Both the position numbers and the translations under genes were made by a program. Below the pieces are notes generated by a model. The model made no database searches. It saw only the letters and a list, made by a program, of their open reading frames with translations, and was not told where the DNA came from. From Candidatus Gastranaerophilales bacterium (GTDB lineage Bacteria; Cyanobacteriota; Vampirovibrionia; Gastranaerophilales; Gastranaerophilaceae), in assembly GCA_947589425.1 (NCBI GenBank), contig CANQAV010000003.1:38186-102185 (forward strand): a stretch of 64,000 bases of DNA, written 5' to 3'. Below, piece after piece: positions 1 through 9,628 of the stretch; the first letter of the stretch is position 1; each line of letters begins with the position of its first letter.

Positions 1-1037
1 TTGAAAATTATTCTCTTTTTATATCAAGTTTAAAAAGTAAAGGATATGACAATTTATCCGATTACACTCAAAATTTAATAACGTCGGGCAAAATAAATAC
101 TAATGAAGAAAATCTTATTAAAAAAGAGCTTGAAATTATTTCAAAATTAATTTCAATCAGTTATGAAGAAATTAAAGAAATATTTACTCAAAAATACCCC
201 GATGATAAAGAAATATTTTCAAATCTTGCTTATTATCAAACCCGCCCTCTTGAATTAAAGCCCGAAAATTTATCACAAAAGAACAGTGAGGATATATATA
301 AAAGCAACAGAACTTTTTTATTCGGCAATGATTTAAAAATTAAACCTTTAAAAACCGACGAACGGCTGAGTTTTAAAAATTTAAAAGGATATAAAGAACA
401 ACAGCGGGTTTTATGGGAAAACACAAATTCATTAATTCAAGGTAAAAAAGTTAACAACATCCTTTTATACGGAGATGCCGGATGCGGTAAATCATCAAGT
501 GTCAGAGCTCTTTTGGGCGAATTTGAAGAAATTAAAATAGTGCAAATTAAAAAAGATAATTTAATTAACATTGATAAATTATATGTTGAATTATCCAATC
601 TCCCTTATAAATTCATAATTTTTGCGGATGATATTTCTTTTGATGAAAATGACAACTCTCTATCTTCAATGAAAGCTTCACTTGAAGGCTCTTTGATTGC
701 GTGTCCTAAAAATGCCGTAATTTATGCTACTTCAAACAGAAGACATTTAATAAAAGAAAGCTTCCAATCAAGAATGGGTGATAATGTTCATCTTCAGGAT
801 ACTTTAAACGAAATAAGCTCTCTTTCAGAGCGCTTCGGAATAAATTTATTGTTTTTAAAGCCCTCTAACGATGAATTTTGCGAAATCGTAAAACTTTTGG
901 CGGATGATTATAATATAACGGAAAATGAAGAAGAATTAATTGCAAAAGCTCAAAAATATGCTTTAATTAAAGGCTCACGCTCCCCAAGAATTGCAAAACA
1001 GTTGATTGATAACATTATTGCAAATGTGAACATATAA
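1..1037 (+). CDS. P-loop ATPase of the DUF815/AAA-like family (N-terminus lies outside the window)
   Basis: Reading frame 3 is open from base 3 to the stop at 1035-1037; the ORF track only begins it at TTG 513. Walker A LLYGDAGCGKSS is at 462-497, followed by FADDISFDE and YATSNRRHLI, the pattern I associate with DUF815 ATPases. Confidence 0.75.
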   Translation, partial: ENYSLFISSLKSKGYDNLSDYTQNLITSGKINTNEENLIKKELEIISKLISISYEEIKEIFTQKYPDDKEIFSNLAYYQTRPLELKPENLSQKNSEDIYKSNRTFLFGNDLKIKPLKTDERLSFKNLKGYKEQQRVLWENTNSLIQGKKVNNILLYGDAGCGKSSSVRALLGEFEEIKIVQIKKDNLINIDKLYVELSNLPYKFIIFADDISFDENDNSLSSMKASLEGSLIACPKNAVIYATSNRRHLIKESFQSRMGDNVHLQDTLNEISSLSERFGINLLFLKPSNDEFCEIVKLLADDYNITENEEELIAKAQKYALIKGSRSPRIAKQLIDNIIANVNI

Positions 1038-1159
1038 ACAAAAAATCCTTTTTGTTGTTAGACATTTTTAAAAAAATCATTAAATAAAATAAAACAAAAA
1101 ACATTTCCCTGATTTTTTGTTTTATAACTCATACATTTGAATGAATTTTTGAAATTTTA

Positions 1160-1187
1160 TTTAATGAAAAAATTCTGTTGTCGAAAA
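1160..1187 (+). promoter_or_regulatory. Weak sigma-28 (FliA)-like promoter candidate upstream of the flagellar block
   Basis: TTAA-N15-GTCGAAAA compared with consensus TAAA-N15-GCCGATAA, about 30 nt upstream of the SLT gene. In A+T-rich DNA this could be a chance match. Confidence 0.2.
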
Positions 1188-1215
1188 CTAAAACAGGGGT
1201 AAGGGTAAATTATTT

Positions 1216-1875
1216 ATGTTCAGTCCTAAAATTCAAAATTATATTAATAACTCAAATCAAGCTCAGGCATATTCTCGTGTTAATGAGCTCAATCATTATA
1301 TAAATTCAATCTATCCCGAAAAAGAAGCTCAAAAACCCGCTAAATCCGCTTTTGAGGAAATTTTGGCTCAATCAAAAGAAGAAATTCAACCGCAAAGCGT
1401 ATTTGATATTGACCTTCCCCCGAACATAAAAAAAGAAAGTATTACCCCAATGCCCTTCGGCTCGCTGTCTAAAGTGCCTCAAGAAAACACTATGCGCACC
1501 AAAGATGAAATCCTCTCTTATGTAAGCGAAATGGGTGAAAAATACGGAGTCGAAGAAAAATTAATCAAAGCACTCATAAAACAAGAATCGGGCTTTAATC
1601 CAAACGCCGTTTCATCAGTCGGAGCCAAAGGCTTAATGCAGTTAATGCCCCAAACGGCAAAATCCATGGGTGTAAACAACATTTTTAATCCCAGAGAAAA
1701 TATAGAAGGCGGTGTAAAATATCTGAAATTAATGCTTGACAGATACCACGGCAACAAAATCCTTGCCCTTGCCGCATATAACGCAGGTCCCGGCGCAGTA
1801 GACAAATATGACGGAGTTCCGCCCTATAAGGAAACACAAAATTACGTAAAAGCGGTTTTAGCAAACTATCTATAG
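1216..1875 (+). CDS. Lytic transglycosylase (SLT domain), probably flagellum-associated
   Basis: SLT catalytic motif [22 protein letters not shown] and [10 protein letters not shown]. It lies 11 nt upstream of fliE. Confidence 0.85.
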   Translation: MFSPKIQNYINNSNQAQAYSRVNELNHYINSIYPEKEAQKPAKSAFEEILAQSKEEIQPQSVFDIDLPPNIKKESITPMPFGSLSKVPQENTMRTKDEILSYVSEMGEKYGVEEKLIKALIKQESGFNPNAVSSVGAKGLMQLMPQTAKSMGVNNIFNPRENIEGGVKYLKLMLDRYHGNKILALAAYNAGPGAVDKYDGVPPYKETQNYVKAVLANYL

Positions 1876-1886
1876 AAGGATAAAAT

Positions 1887-2201
1887 ATGGATAAATTAAA
1901 CAGAGTTAACTTTTTTCAACAAAATCAAATTCAGCCTATGAATTTAAGCGGAGAAATTTCAATCAATTCAGATGATACAAAAGTGAAAAATTTTAAAGAT
2001 GTTGTATCCGATATGATGATGGAATTAAATGAAGTAACAAACAAGCCCGAGCAATTAACTCAAGATTTTATGCAGGGCAAAGCCGATATCCATGATGTAA
2101 TGACGGCAATCGCACAAAGCGAAATTACAATTCAGGCGGCAACAACCGTTACAAGTAAAATCCTACAAACGTATGAGAAAATTATGCAAATACAGATTTA
2201 A
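1887..2201 (+). CDS. fliE: Flagellar hook-basal body complex protein FliE
   Basis: 104 aa. FliE-like C-terminus (DIHDVMTAIAQSEITIQAATTVTSKILQTYEKIMQIQI). RBS GAAGGA upstream; sits directly before fliF. Confidence 0.85.
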   Translation: MDKLNRVNFFQQNQIQPMNLSGEISINSDDTKVKNFKDVVSDMMMELNEVTNKPEQLTQDFMQGKADIHDVMTAIAQSEITIQAATTVTSKILQTYEKIMQIQI

Positions 2202-2245
2202 CTTAACTTTAAGCAATTAAAATAGTATAATTACAAATATAAAAT

Positions 2246-3955
2246 ATGGAAAAATTTGACCTAAAAAAATTAATGGAAAATAAACCACTTTTTTACACAA
2301 TAGCAGCTTGTGCAGGTACTGTTGTCGTGATGTTTATTATTATGATGGCGGTGTTATTTCAGGTAAACACATCTTCTCCCAAAAATATTAACGGTCAGAT
2401 TAAAACATCTCAAAAAGTTATTAAAAATGACCCCGTTACTCTTTTTACAACGGATAATTCGGGAAAAGCCCTTGAAGTACAAGCACTTTTAGCCAGAGAA
2501 CAAATTACCGCAACAAAAGTGGACAACGGCTCTAAAGTAAGTATTGTTTTAAAAGAATATACTCAAGACGAACGTGACAGGGCGCTTTTAGCTATTGTTA
2601 AAAGCGGACTTGTAGACGAGCACACGGGTCTTGAAATATTTGACAAAGGCGATTTTACCTCAACAAAAGACGATAAAAAAATCAGACTTGTAAGAGCAAT
2701 AAACGGCGAACTTGCAAGATTAATAAGAAAAATACCTCCGATTGAAAACGCACAGGTATTTATTTCAATACCCGAGGAAACTTTCTTCACCCAAAACCAA
2801 AAGCCGATAACGGCAACCGTTCAAATTACCATGCCGTCGGGTGAAAGACTTGATAATATGAAAGTTAAGGCAATATCTAATCTGCTTTTAGGCGCAGTAC
2901 ACGGATTGGAAGCAGATAACATTTCAATTACCGATACAAACGGCACTGTTTATAATTCAATTATCGGTGCATCTGATGATGCTATTGCCAAAATTGAAGA
3001 AAATGATAAATACATGCAGTCAAAAGTAAACACCCAGCTTGATAAACTGTTGGGAAAAGGAAACTATATTGCAACCGTTTCAACATTTTTAACTCAATCA
3101 CCAATTGAAAAATCAAGCATTTTATATAATCCCGACCAAAAAACCGAAGTATCTCAGCAGGAATTTAAAGAAAGCTTGGGCGACAACCATAACGACACAA
3201 CATCTTCAGGAGTTAATCCCGTAAGCTTATATGTTCCCGAAGGCGTAAAAGGCGGAATTCAAAGCGGTACATCAAGCCAAGACAGACAATATTCAAGAAC
3301 TGCGGTCGAAACTCAATACGGAGTATCAAAAACTCAAGTCAACGAATATTTATCGGCAGGCACAATCGAAAAAATCACAATCGCTGTTTCAATTGATGAA
3401 AATGCAATACCGACGAGCATGAGTCTGTATGAACTTAAAACTTTAATTGCAAATGCGGCAAGCCCAAAAGTTAATCCTGATGATGTTTCAATTGCATTTG
3501 TTGAATCAAACAGCCCGACATTAGCGCCCGACAGAGAAAATGAACTTCCGCAAGTCGAAGAATCGGGCAACCAATGGTGGGTTGTGGGAGTAATGCTCCT
3601 TTGCGGTTTAATATTCGGACTGGGTCATATCGGAAAGAAAGTAAAAACCGAAGCCAAAAAACAGGAAGAAGAACTTGAATATTTAAAACAAATTGCAGCA
3701 AGCCAGGAACAACAGTTAAAAGACGTAACGCAGCAGGCATCAAACCTTATAGCACAACAGCAGCAGATGAATCAAAACTTTATAGAACAGAAAAATCAAT
3801 ATGCTCTTGCACTTGAACAGGCAAAATCCGCAGTTGCCAAAGCCGTTCCGAAAAGAAATCTGGCTGATGCTATAGAAGAATTGGAATCTGATTTTAATTC
3901 AATTGATGAAAATGAAGCAATAGAAAAAATTAAAAACTGGATTGAAAGCACATAA
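2246..3955 (+). CDS. fliF: Flagellar M-ring protein FliF
   Basis: 569 aa. N-terminal TM helix, a YscJ/FliF-type periplasmic region, a second TM (WWVVGVMLLCGLIFGLG), and a coiled cytoplasmic tail ending IEKIKNWIEST. Position is between fliE and fliH. Confidence 0.9.
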   Translation: MEKFDLKKLMENKPLFYTIAACAGTVVVMFIIMMAVLFQVNTSSPKNINGQIKTSQKVIKNDPVTLFTTDNSGKALEVQALLAREQITATKVDNGSKVSIVLKEYTQDERDRALLAIVKSGLVDEHTGLEIFDKGDFTSTKDDKKIRLVRAINGELARLIRKIPPIENAQVFISIPEETFFTQNQKPITATVQITMPSGERLDNMKVKAISNLLLGAVHGLEADNISITDTNGTVYNSIIGASDDAIAKIEENDKYMQSKVNTQLDKLLGKGNYIATVSTFLTQSPIEKSSILYNPDQKTEVSQQEFKESLGDNHNDTTSSGVNPVSLYVPEGVKGGIQSGTSSQDRQYSRTAVETQYGVSKTQVNEYLSAGTIEKITIAVSIDENAIPTSMSLYELKTLIANAASPKVNPDDVSIAFVESNSPTLAPDRENELPQVEESGNQWWVVGVMLLCGLIFGLGHIGKKVKTEAKKQEEELEYLKQIAASQEQQLKDVTQQASNLIAQQQQMNQNFIEQKNQYALALEQAKSAVAKAVPKRNLADAIEELESDFNSIDENEAIEKIKNWIEST

Positions 3956-3963
3956 AACAAAAA

Positions 3964-4914
3964 ATGAGCGAGGAAGATTTAAAAAACTTTAATTATGAAG
4001 CGTTTGCTCAGGATTTATCCCAACAGGCAAGCGAAGTTGTACCGAGCGATATCAATAAAGAAGATAAAGACTTCATAATTGATATCATTCGCCGTTTTTG
4101 TTTAATGGCGGGAGAAGCTTTATATAAAGAAGAAAATTCAAAGCTCAACGCTCAGGAAGCAAGCATTGTAACGCAATTTATAGGCGAATGGATATTTCAT
4201 AAATCAATTGATTTAATTCGCTCCGGAATTGAGCCGCAATATCGTGAAGGGATACTTCAAAAAGTGGCTTTCACTGTTTTTGATATTGCAAAAAAGGCAA
4301 TAGAAAAAGAAATTCCTCAAAATAAATTAATTGCTCTTGTCGAGGCACATGTTAAAAAATGCTTTGCAAAAGCCCTTCAAGATTTAAAAGATAAAGGGAT
4401 TATAGACGAACAACATACACAAAATGCGCTTTCACAATCTAACATTGATGCAATGGCTCAAGTACAGGTAAATAACGAAATTGAAGATATTACCTGCATG
4501 AGTGATTCAAAAATAATAAAACTTGCTTCTCTTGCGGTTTTAATGAAAAACTTTAACAGCGATAAAATAAAAAACATTCTTCAACGCTTTAATAAACCCG
4601 AAAGAGAAGTTTTGATAAAATATCTCAAAATGTCTGATTTGGAAGAAAAACTTGATACAAAAGCAACAATCAGATGTTTTGAAGAAATGAAAAATACGCT
4701 ACCGGAGGCAGTTGTCGTGAGTTACGATAAAGCATATAAAAAATTGTATAAAATTGTTAAAAATTCGGACAAAAACGAAATTTTGAATATTATAGATAAA
4801 GAAAGACCTGCAATAAAAGATTTTGTTCTTTCGTGTTACGAACAAAAAAGAAGAAAACTTCCTGCATACGTTGCAGATGTTATATCTAAATATTTAGAAG
4901 AAAACGTTTCATGA
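3964..4914 (+). CDS. Atypical protein in the FliG position; only an internal segment is FliG N-domain-like
   Basis: 316 aa, all-helical in appearance. Residues ~178-250 (SDSKIIKLASLAVLMKNFNSDKIKNILQRFNKPEREVLIKYLKMSDLEE) resemble the FliF-binding FliG N-domain. I could not recognise the canonical middle/C-terminal torque-helix motifs. Confidence 0.45.
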   Translation: MSEEDLKNFNYEAFAQDLSQQASEVVPSDINKEDKDFIIDIIRRFCLMAGEALYKEENSKLNAQEASIVTQFIGEWIFHKSIDLIRSGIEPQYREGILQKVAFTVFDIAKKAIEKEIPQNKLIALVEAHVKKCFAKALQDLKDKGIIDEQHTQNALSQSNIDAMAQVQVNNEIEDITCMSDSKIIKLASLAVLMKNFNSDKIKNILQRFNKPEREVLIKYLKMSDLEEKLDTKATIRCFEEMKNTLPEAVVVSYDKAYKKLYKIVKNSDKNEILNIIDKERPAIKDFVLSCYEQKRRKLPAYVADVISKYLEENVS

Positions 4915-5720
4915 TAATAAGAAAAAAAAATAATCAGGAAAAAAAATCGTCTAAATCCTCAAAAAGTACCGGAGTGGGGCAGAAAAGCTCGGTTATTAAA
5001 AAAGAGGATATAATTTTAGATTTAAAAAATGCAAAAGATACCAATAATAAAAAAGAAGCTCTAACTCCTTCTCAAATGCCAAAAACAGGCGAGCAGCCCG
5101 AAGAATTTGAAAAAATAGATATCTCATCAATTGAATTTAAAGAAAGAATAGAAAGAAGAAGAGGGGACAGAAGAAGAGGATATCGAAGAATTGACGAGCG
5201 CTCGCTTGTAAGCAGAGCTCAGCAGGAAGCCCACTCCATAAAAGAACTTGCGGCACGTGAAGGATATCAAAACGGGCTTAAAAAGGCACAAAGTGAAATT
5301 GATGAAATAAAACAATCGCTCATAGAATTTCTCAACATGAAAGATACAATGTATGAAGAATTTTATCCCCATATTATGGAACTTGCCCTTGAAGCCGCTA
5401 AAAAAATCATTAAAAAAGAAGTAGAAATATCAAGCGATGTATTAAAAAATATAATTATGGAAACTATGGACGAAATAAATTCCGATACTCAAAAGGTTGT
5501 TATAAAAGTAAATTCGGACGACTTAGAATTTGCACAGGCATCACTGCCTGAAATAATTGAAACAAAAAAATTATCGGCAAAAGTAACAACCGAAGCGGAT
5601 GATACAATTGAAAAAGGAAGCTGCATTTTAATTGCCAACAACGGAGTAATTGATGCTAATTTTAAAACACAGTTAAATGTTCTTCAAAGCGCATTCGGAA
5701 TTTACAAAGGGGGGCTTTAG
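4911..5720 (+). CDS. fliH: Flagellar assembly protein FliH
   Basis: ATGA overlap with the preceding gene. Charged, low-complexity N-terminal half. FliH/YscL-like C-terminal half (LALEAAKKIIKKEVEISSDVLKNII...VVIKVNSDDLEFAQ). Confidence 0.7.
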   Translation: MIIRKKNNQEKKSSKSSKSTGVGQKSSVIKKEDIILDLKNAKDTNNKKEALTPSQMPKTGEQPEEFEKIDISSIEFKERIERRRGDRRRGYRRIDERSLVSRAQQEAHSIKELAAREGYQNGLKKAQSEIDEIKQSLIEFLNMKDTMYEEFYPHIMELALEAAKKIIKKEVEISSDVLKNIIMETMDEINSDTQKVVIKVNSDDLEFAQASLPEIIETKKLSAKVTTEADDTIEKGSCILIANNGVIDANFKTQLNVLQSAFGIYKGGL

Positions 5721-5723
5721 AAA

Positions 5724-7808
5724 ATGGCGGCAGCCCCAAAACAAGGTAATCCTGTTTCCGAAATAGCTTTAGCAGGCTTTGTTATAATTTTAATATTGAT
5801 TTTACTTCTGGAGATGCCCAATTGGGTTATAAATTTTTCCATAAGCTTCAATATTACTTTAGGTATCGTACTTTTGATGATATCTCTATATGTTAACAAA
5901 CCCCTTGAATTGGCGGCATTTCCTTCAATCCTTCTTATAGGCACGGTCTTTCGTTTGGTATTATCAATTGCTTCCACTCGTCTGATTTTAGCAAAAGGAG
6001 ATGCGGGAGCCGTTGTTGAAGCATTCGGAAACTTTGTCACGGGCGGAAACATGGTTGTTGGCGGTGTTATTTTCTTAATTATCACCGTTGTTCAATTCAT
6101 GGTAATCACAAAAGGTGCCGAACGTATAGCAGAAGTTAGCGCAAGATTTGCACTTGATGCAATGCCCGGTAAGCAAATGACAATTGATGCCGATTTTAAC
6201 GCAGGTTTAATAGGTCCGGATGAAGCCGTTAAGCGCCGTGAAGATTTGCAAAGAGAGTCTTCGCTCTACGGCTCCATGGATGGTGCCATGAAATTCGTTA
6301 AAGGTGATACGATAGCGGGCATTATCATCACTTTAATCAACATTATAGGCGGTTTAATCATAGGTATATTATTAAACGGCATGAGTCCCGAAGATGCAGT
6401 AAATAAATACACGATTTTGACCATAGGCGACGGTTTGTCATCTCAAGTGCCTTCACTTTTAATGGCTATTTCATCAGGTATAGTTATGACACGTGCAACA
6501 GGAGGCGGAGTTGCTCTGGGGTCAGATTTGGCGGTGCAAATTTTATCAAAACCGACAAGTTTGTTTTTAGCTTCGGGATTTTTGATATTAATTGCCCTGT
6601 CATCAAGCGTAACAGGACTTCCGTGGTTTCCGTTTGTTGTATTTGCAAGCCTGTTAATAATAGGGGGATTATCGGTATTAATTAATCAAGATGTTGCCCA
6701 GCAATTAGGACAGTTGGATGCGGTTAAGCAAAATATGCAGGATTTGGTTAACCCGAATAAAATGTATGAAAGATTGGGCGTTGATGTTCTTTCTCTGCAA
6801 GTGGGAGCAGGTTTATTAATTATTGCAGACCCCGAACAGGACGGGCAACTTTTGGCTAAAATTGCAGCACTTCGTCAAAGAGTAACGGATGATTTAGGCT
6901 ATATCATTCCAAACATAAGAATTATGGATTCGTCCGCAATCGGAGATAATGAATATTTAATTTCAATCAGAGGCAATCCTGTTGCAAAAGGCTCGGTATA
7001 CCCGGGTAAACTTATGGTTATAGCCGATCAATATGATGCATTGGGCAAAAAATTGCCCGAAAATGCAATTGTGTCAATTGAGCCTACTTATCAATCACAG
7101 GCATATTGGCTAAATCCGCAAAATATAGGCAAAAACGATAAAATTCAAGCAATTGATGCGGTTGACGTTATTGTTACACACTTACAGGAGTGTGTCAGAA
7201 AATATGTTGATGAAGTGATGACAAAAACGGATGTCTTAAAGCTTATGGAGCTTGTTAAATCGCAAGACCCGACACTTGTTAATGACCTTGTACCAACAAT
7301 TATATCAACATCAGACTTAAGAAAAATATTTGTAAATTTAATCAGAGAAAAAGTTTCAATTAAAGATATTATCTTTATTTTTGAAAGACTATGCGACTAT
7401 GCAAGATTTTCAAAAGAACCGGATATTTTGTCGGAAAGACTAAGAGCGGCTCTTGGCAGACAAATTTGTCTTTCAAATTCTAATAAAGATAAAGTTTTAT
7501 ATGCTCTTACTCTCTCATCCGAATGGGAAAAAACACTTGATGACAGCTGTCAAAGAACAGAGCTCGGCACAATGTTTTTATTAAATCCTCTGCAGGTGCA
7601 GGAATTAATCGAATCAAGCGCCAACGCTCTTATGCGTGCTCAAAGCACAATAGGAGTACAGCCCGTTATATTATGTTCGCCCAGAATAAGACTTCCTCTG
7701 TATCAAATGCTTGAGCGCCACATTCCTACAATTGTCGTTATTTCGTACTCCGAATTAATAACCGATATAAGGGTTGAAGCAATTGATACAATCGGCGAAG
7801 GTTATTAA
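5724..7808 (+). CDS. flhA: Flagellar type III export gate protein FlhA
   Basis: 694 aa. FHIPEP-family motifs (ITKGAERIAEVSARFALDAMPGKQMTIDAD, MKFVKGD). Multi-TM N-domain plus a large cytoplasmic C-domain. Confidence 0.95.
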   Translation: MAAAPKQGNPVSEIALAGFVIILILILLLEMPNWVINFSISFNITLGIVLLMISLYVNKPLELAAFPSILLIGTVFRLVLSIASTRLILAKGDAGAVVEAFGNFVTGGNMVVGGVIFLIITVVQFMVITKGAERIAEVSARFALDAMPGKQMTIDADFNAGLIGPDEAVKRREDLQRESSLYGSMDGAMKFVKGDTIAGIIITLINIIGGLIIGILLNGMSPEDAVNKYTILTIGDGLSSQVPSLLMAISSGIVMTRATGGGVALGSDLAVQILSKPTSLFLASGFLILIALSSSVTGLPWFPFVVFASLLIIGGLSVLINQDVAQQLGQLDAVKQNMQDLVNPNKMYERLGVDVLSLQVGAGLLIIADPEQDGQLLAKIAALRQRVTDDLGYIIPNIRIMDSSAIGDNEYLISIRGNPVAKGSVYPGKLMVIADQYDALGKKLPENAIVSIEPTYQSQAYWLNPQNIGKNDKIQAIDAVDVIVTHLQECVRKYVDEVMTKTDVLKLMELVKSQDPTLVNDLVPTIISTSDLRKIFVNLIREKVSIKDIIFIFERLCDYARFSKEPDILSERLRAALGRQICLSNSNKDKVLYALTLSSEWEKTLDDSCQRTELGTMFLLNPLQVQELIESSANALMRAQSTIGVQPVILCSPRIRLPLYQMLERHIPTIVVISYSELITDIRVEAIDTIGEGY

Positions 7809-7889
7809 TATTTTTGTAAAGTTTTTTATAAAAACGTATTTTTGAAGTATTATTAATAGTATAGGATTAATTTTGGAGTTTGTCAGATA

Positions 7890-9230
7890 ATGTCCGACGC
7901 AAACACAGTCGTAATTGTAAGCGATAAGGAGGAGCTTGTTAATCAAATTTCTCAAAAACTTGTGCTGTTGAGAAATTTGGACAAAATTAAATCCTGTTCA
8001 ATTGATGAGGCACAAAACCTGCTTGAAGGTTTTTCTCCCAACGTGTGCATAATCCACTGTGAACATAATAACAATTTCGCCCTAAACCTTATCAAAAAAA
8101 TCAAAAAACAAGAAATCTTCAAAAACCTTCCGATTCTTTTAATTAACGAGAACTGTTCCCGTGAAGTTATAATAGATGCCTTTGACAGCGGAATTTCCGA
8201 TGTTCTTTTCATGCCGATTATTGACTATGAACTTTTAATAAGGGTAATCTGGTGTCTTGGCAAAAATGAACTCAATTTGAAAAATGAAGCAAGAGAAAAC
8301 ATACTGGTTGATTTAGGTGTAATACAAAGCGAAACAGGTGTTTATACTCAAAAATACTGTGAAGAAATATTGAAAAATGAAATTTCACAAACCAAAAAAT
8401 ATTCTCAACGAGCTTGTATACTGTTAATTTCTCCGGATAAAAAATATCCCGCATACAAAAGCCCGAAAGAATTTATTGAAGTAATCCAAAAATCCATACG
8501 TATCAACGATTTAATCGTGATAAAAGATGTGGATAAATTTTATGTATATTTGCAAAAAACAAAACTAAACGGAGCATACAGCGTATTTGAACGTATAAAT
8601 AACAATCTCGGAATTGACTGCGGTGCGAACGCAGGAGTTGTTGAAGTTATGGAACAAGAATTTAAAGATATAACGGAAGCGCTTGACGATGCTCTTCAAA
8701 AGGCAAATGAAAATACAAATTCCTTAATCGTTGCATCCGATTTTTATTCCGAACAAACTGAAAATGTGTCTATAGCAAGCTCTGATGAATATTTGGAAAA
8801 ACAGCAGAATAAAATTAACGAACAAGAGAACCAAAAGAAAACGCAAAACCACTCGGGAAAAAAATATGACAAAAACAGTTTAAAACTGTTTAATCAAGCA
8901 TATCTCAGAAAACTTAAAGTGGTTGTTAATCCCGTATTTAAAAAATATGAGGACATTTTAAAAATCAAAAAGCAAGATTTTGCAATAAACTTTTATACGG
9001 GCACTAAATCCTTTTTCAGTGTATCCTCGGGGGATGTAAATGCATCATTTGCCCTTGAATATGACTGCGTAGAAAATGTATGCGTACGCCTCAGCATAAC
9101 GGATAACGACCAAAAAAGGCTGTATGAAACTGAAACAGTAGATTTTACAATATTAGATTACAGAAAAGTATCTCTTATGATGAACGAATTAATTGATAAA
9201 TTCATCTTAATTTTAAAAGACAAATCTTAA
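7890..9230 (+). CDS. Pseudo-receiver (REC-like) + degenerate GGDEF-like domain + ~150-aa C-terminal region of unknown function
   Basis: REC-like fold pattern, but the acceptor position is His (NVCIIHCEH), the conserved Thr/Ser is Asn (PILLIN) and the conserved Lys is Met (DVLFMPI). The GGDEF signature position reads DVDKF (8526-8540). Confidence 0.6.
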   Translation: MSDANTVVIVSDKEELVNQISQKLVLLRNLDKIKSCSIDEAQNLLEGFSPNVCIIHCEHNNNFALNLIKKIKKQEIFKNLPILLINENCSREVIIDAFDSGISDVLFMPIIDYELLIRVIWCLGKNELNLKNEARENILVDLGVIQSETGVYTQKYCEEILKNEISQTKKYSQRACILLISPDKKYPAYKSPKEFIEVIQKSIRINDLIVIKDVDKFYVYLQKTKLNGAYSVFERINNNLGIDCGANAGVVEVMEQEFKDITEALDDALQKANENTNSLIVASDFYSEQTENVSIASSDEYLEKQQNKINEQENQKKTQNHSGKKYDKNSLKLFNQAYLRKLKVVVNPVFKKYEDILKIKKQDFAINFYTGTKSFFSVSSGDVNASFALEYDCVENVCVRLSITDNDQKRLYETETVDFTILDYRKVSLMMNELIDKFILILKDKS

Positions 9231-9436
9231 TTATTGCTTACCATAATTGTTCTGAATGCTGCAAGACCTCTTGCACAGATGCTTTTTGTTGAAGTTTCTC
9301 TCTGTTCTTGTGCGATAGTAAATACTTTAACAATACGTCTTATTTCGTCTGCGCTTTTAATAGTGTTTGTTGCATAAACATTCTGTACTTTTTCCGAGGA
9401 AATGTTAAATAAAGCATTAAGTTCAACTTCTGTCAT
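9227..9436 (-). CDS. Small hypothetical protein (69 aa from ATG 9436; a TTG at 9451 would give 74 aa)
   Basis: Open frame convergent with, and overlapping by 4 nt, the preceding gene. I recognised no motif. Confidence 0.4.
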   Translation of the reverse strand: MTEVELNALFNISSEKVQNVYATNTIKSADEIRRIVKVFTIAQEQRETSTKSICARGLAAFRTIMVSNN

Positions 9437-9628
9437 AACTTCTCTCTTCAATTTAAACTATTAACTTCTATACTTTAATAAAGTATTTTTCTGACAACTA
9501 ATTGCAAAATTAAAGCATTTTGTTACAAAAATTTATTAATTTTTGTAAAGTATTCATGTATTTTTTCTAAAGAATTAGTCATAAACTGCCGTAAAAATGA
9601 AAGAAAGATAAAGAAAGAAAGGTGCAAC

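Noticed and set aside
1091-1123. Terminator after the DUF815 gene (AAAACAAAAAA...TTTTTTGTTTT)
   Set aside because: The stem is almost entirely A-T pairs, so it is too weak to call with confidence in A+T-rich DNA.
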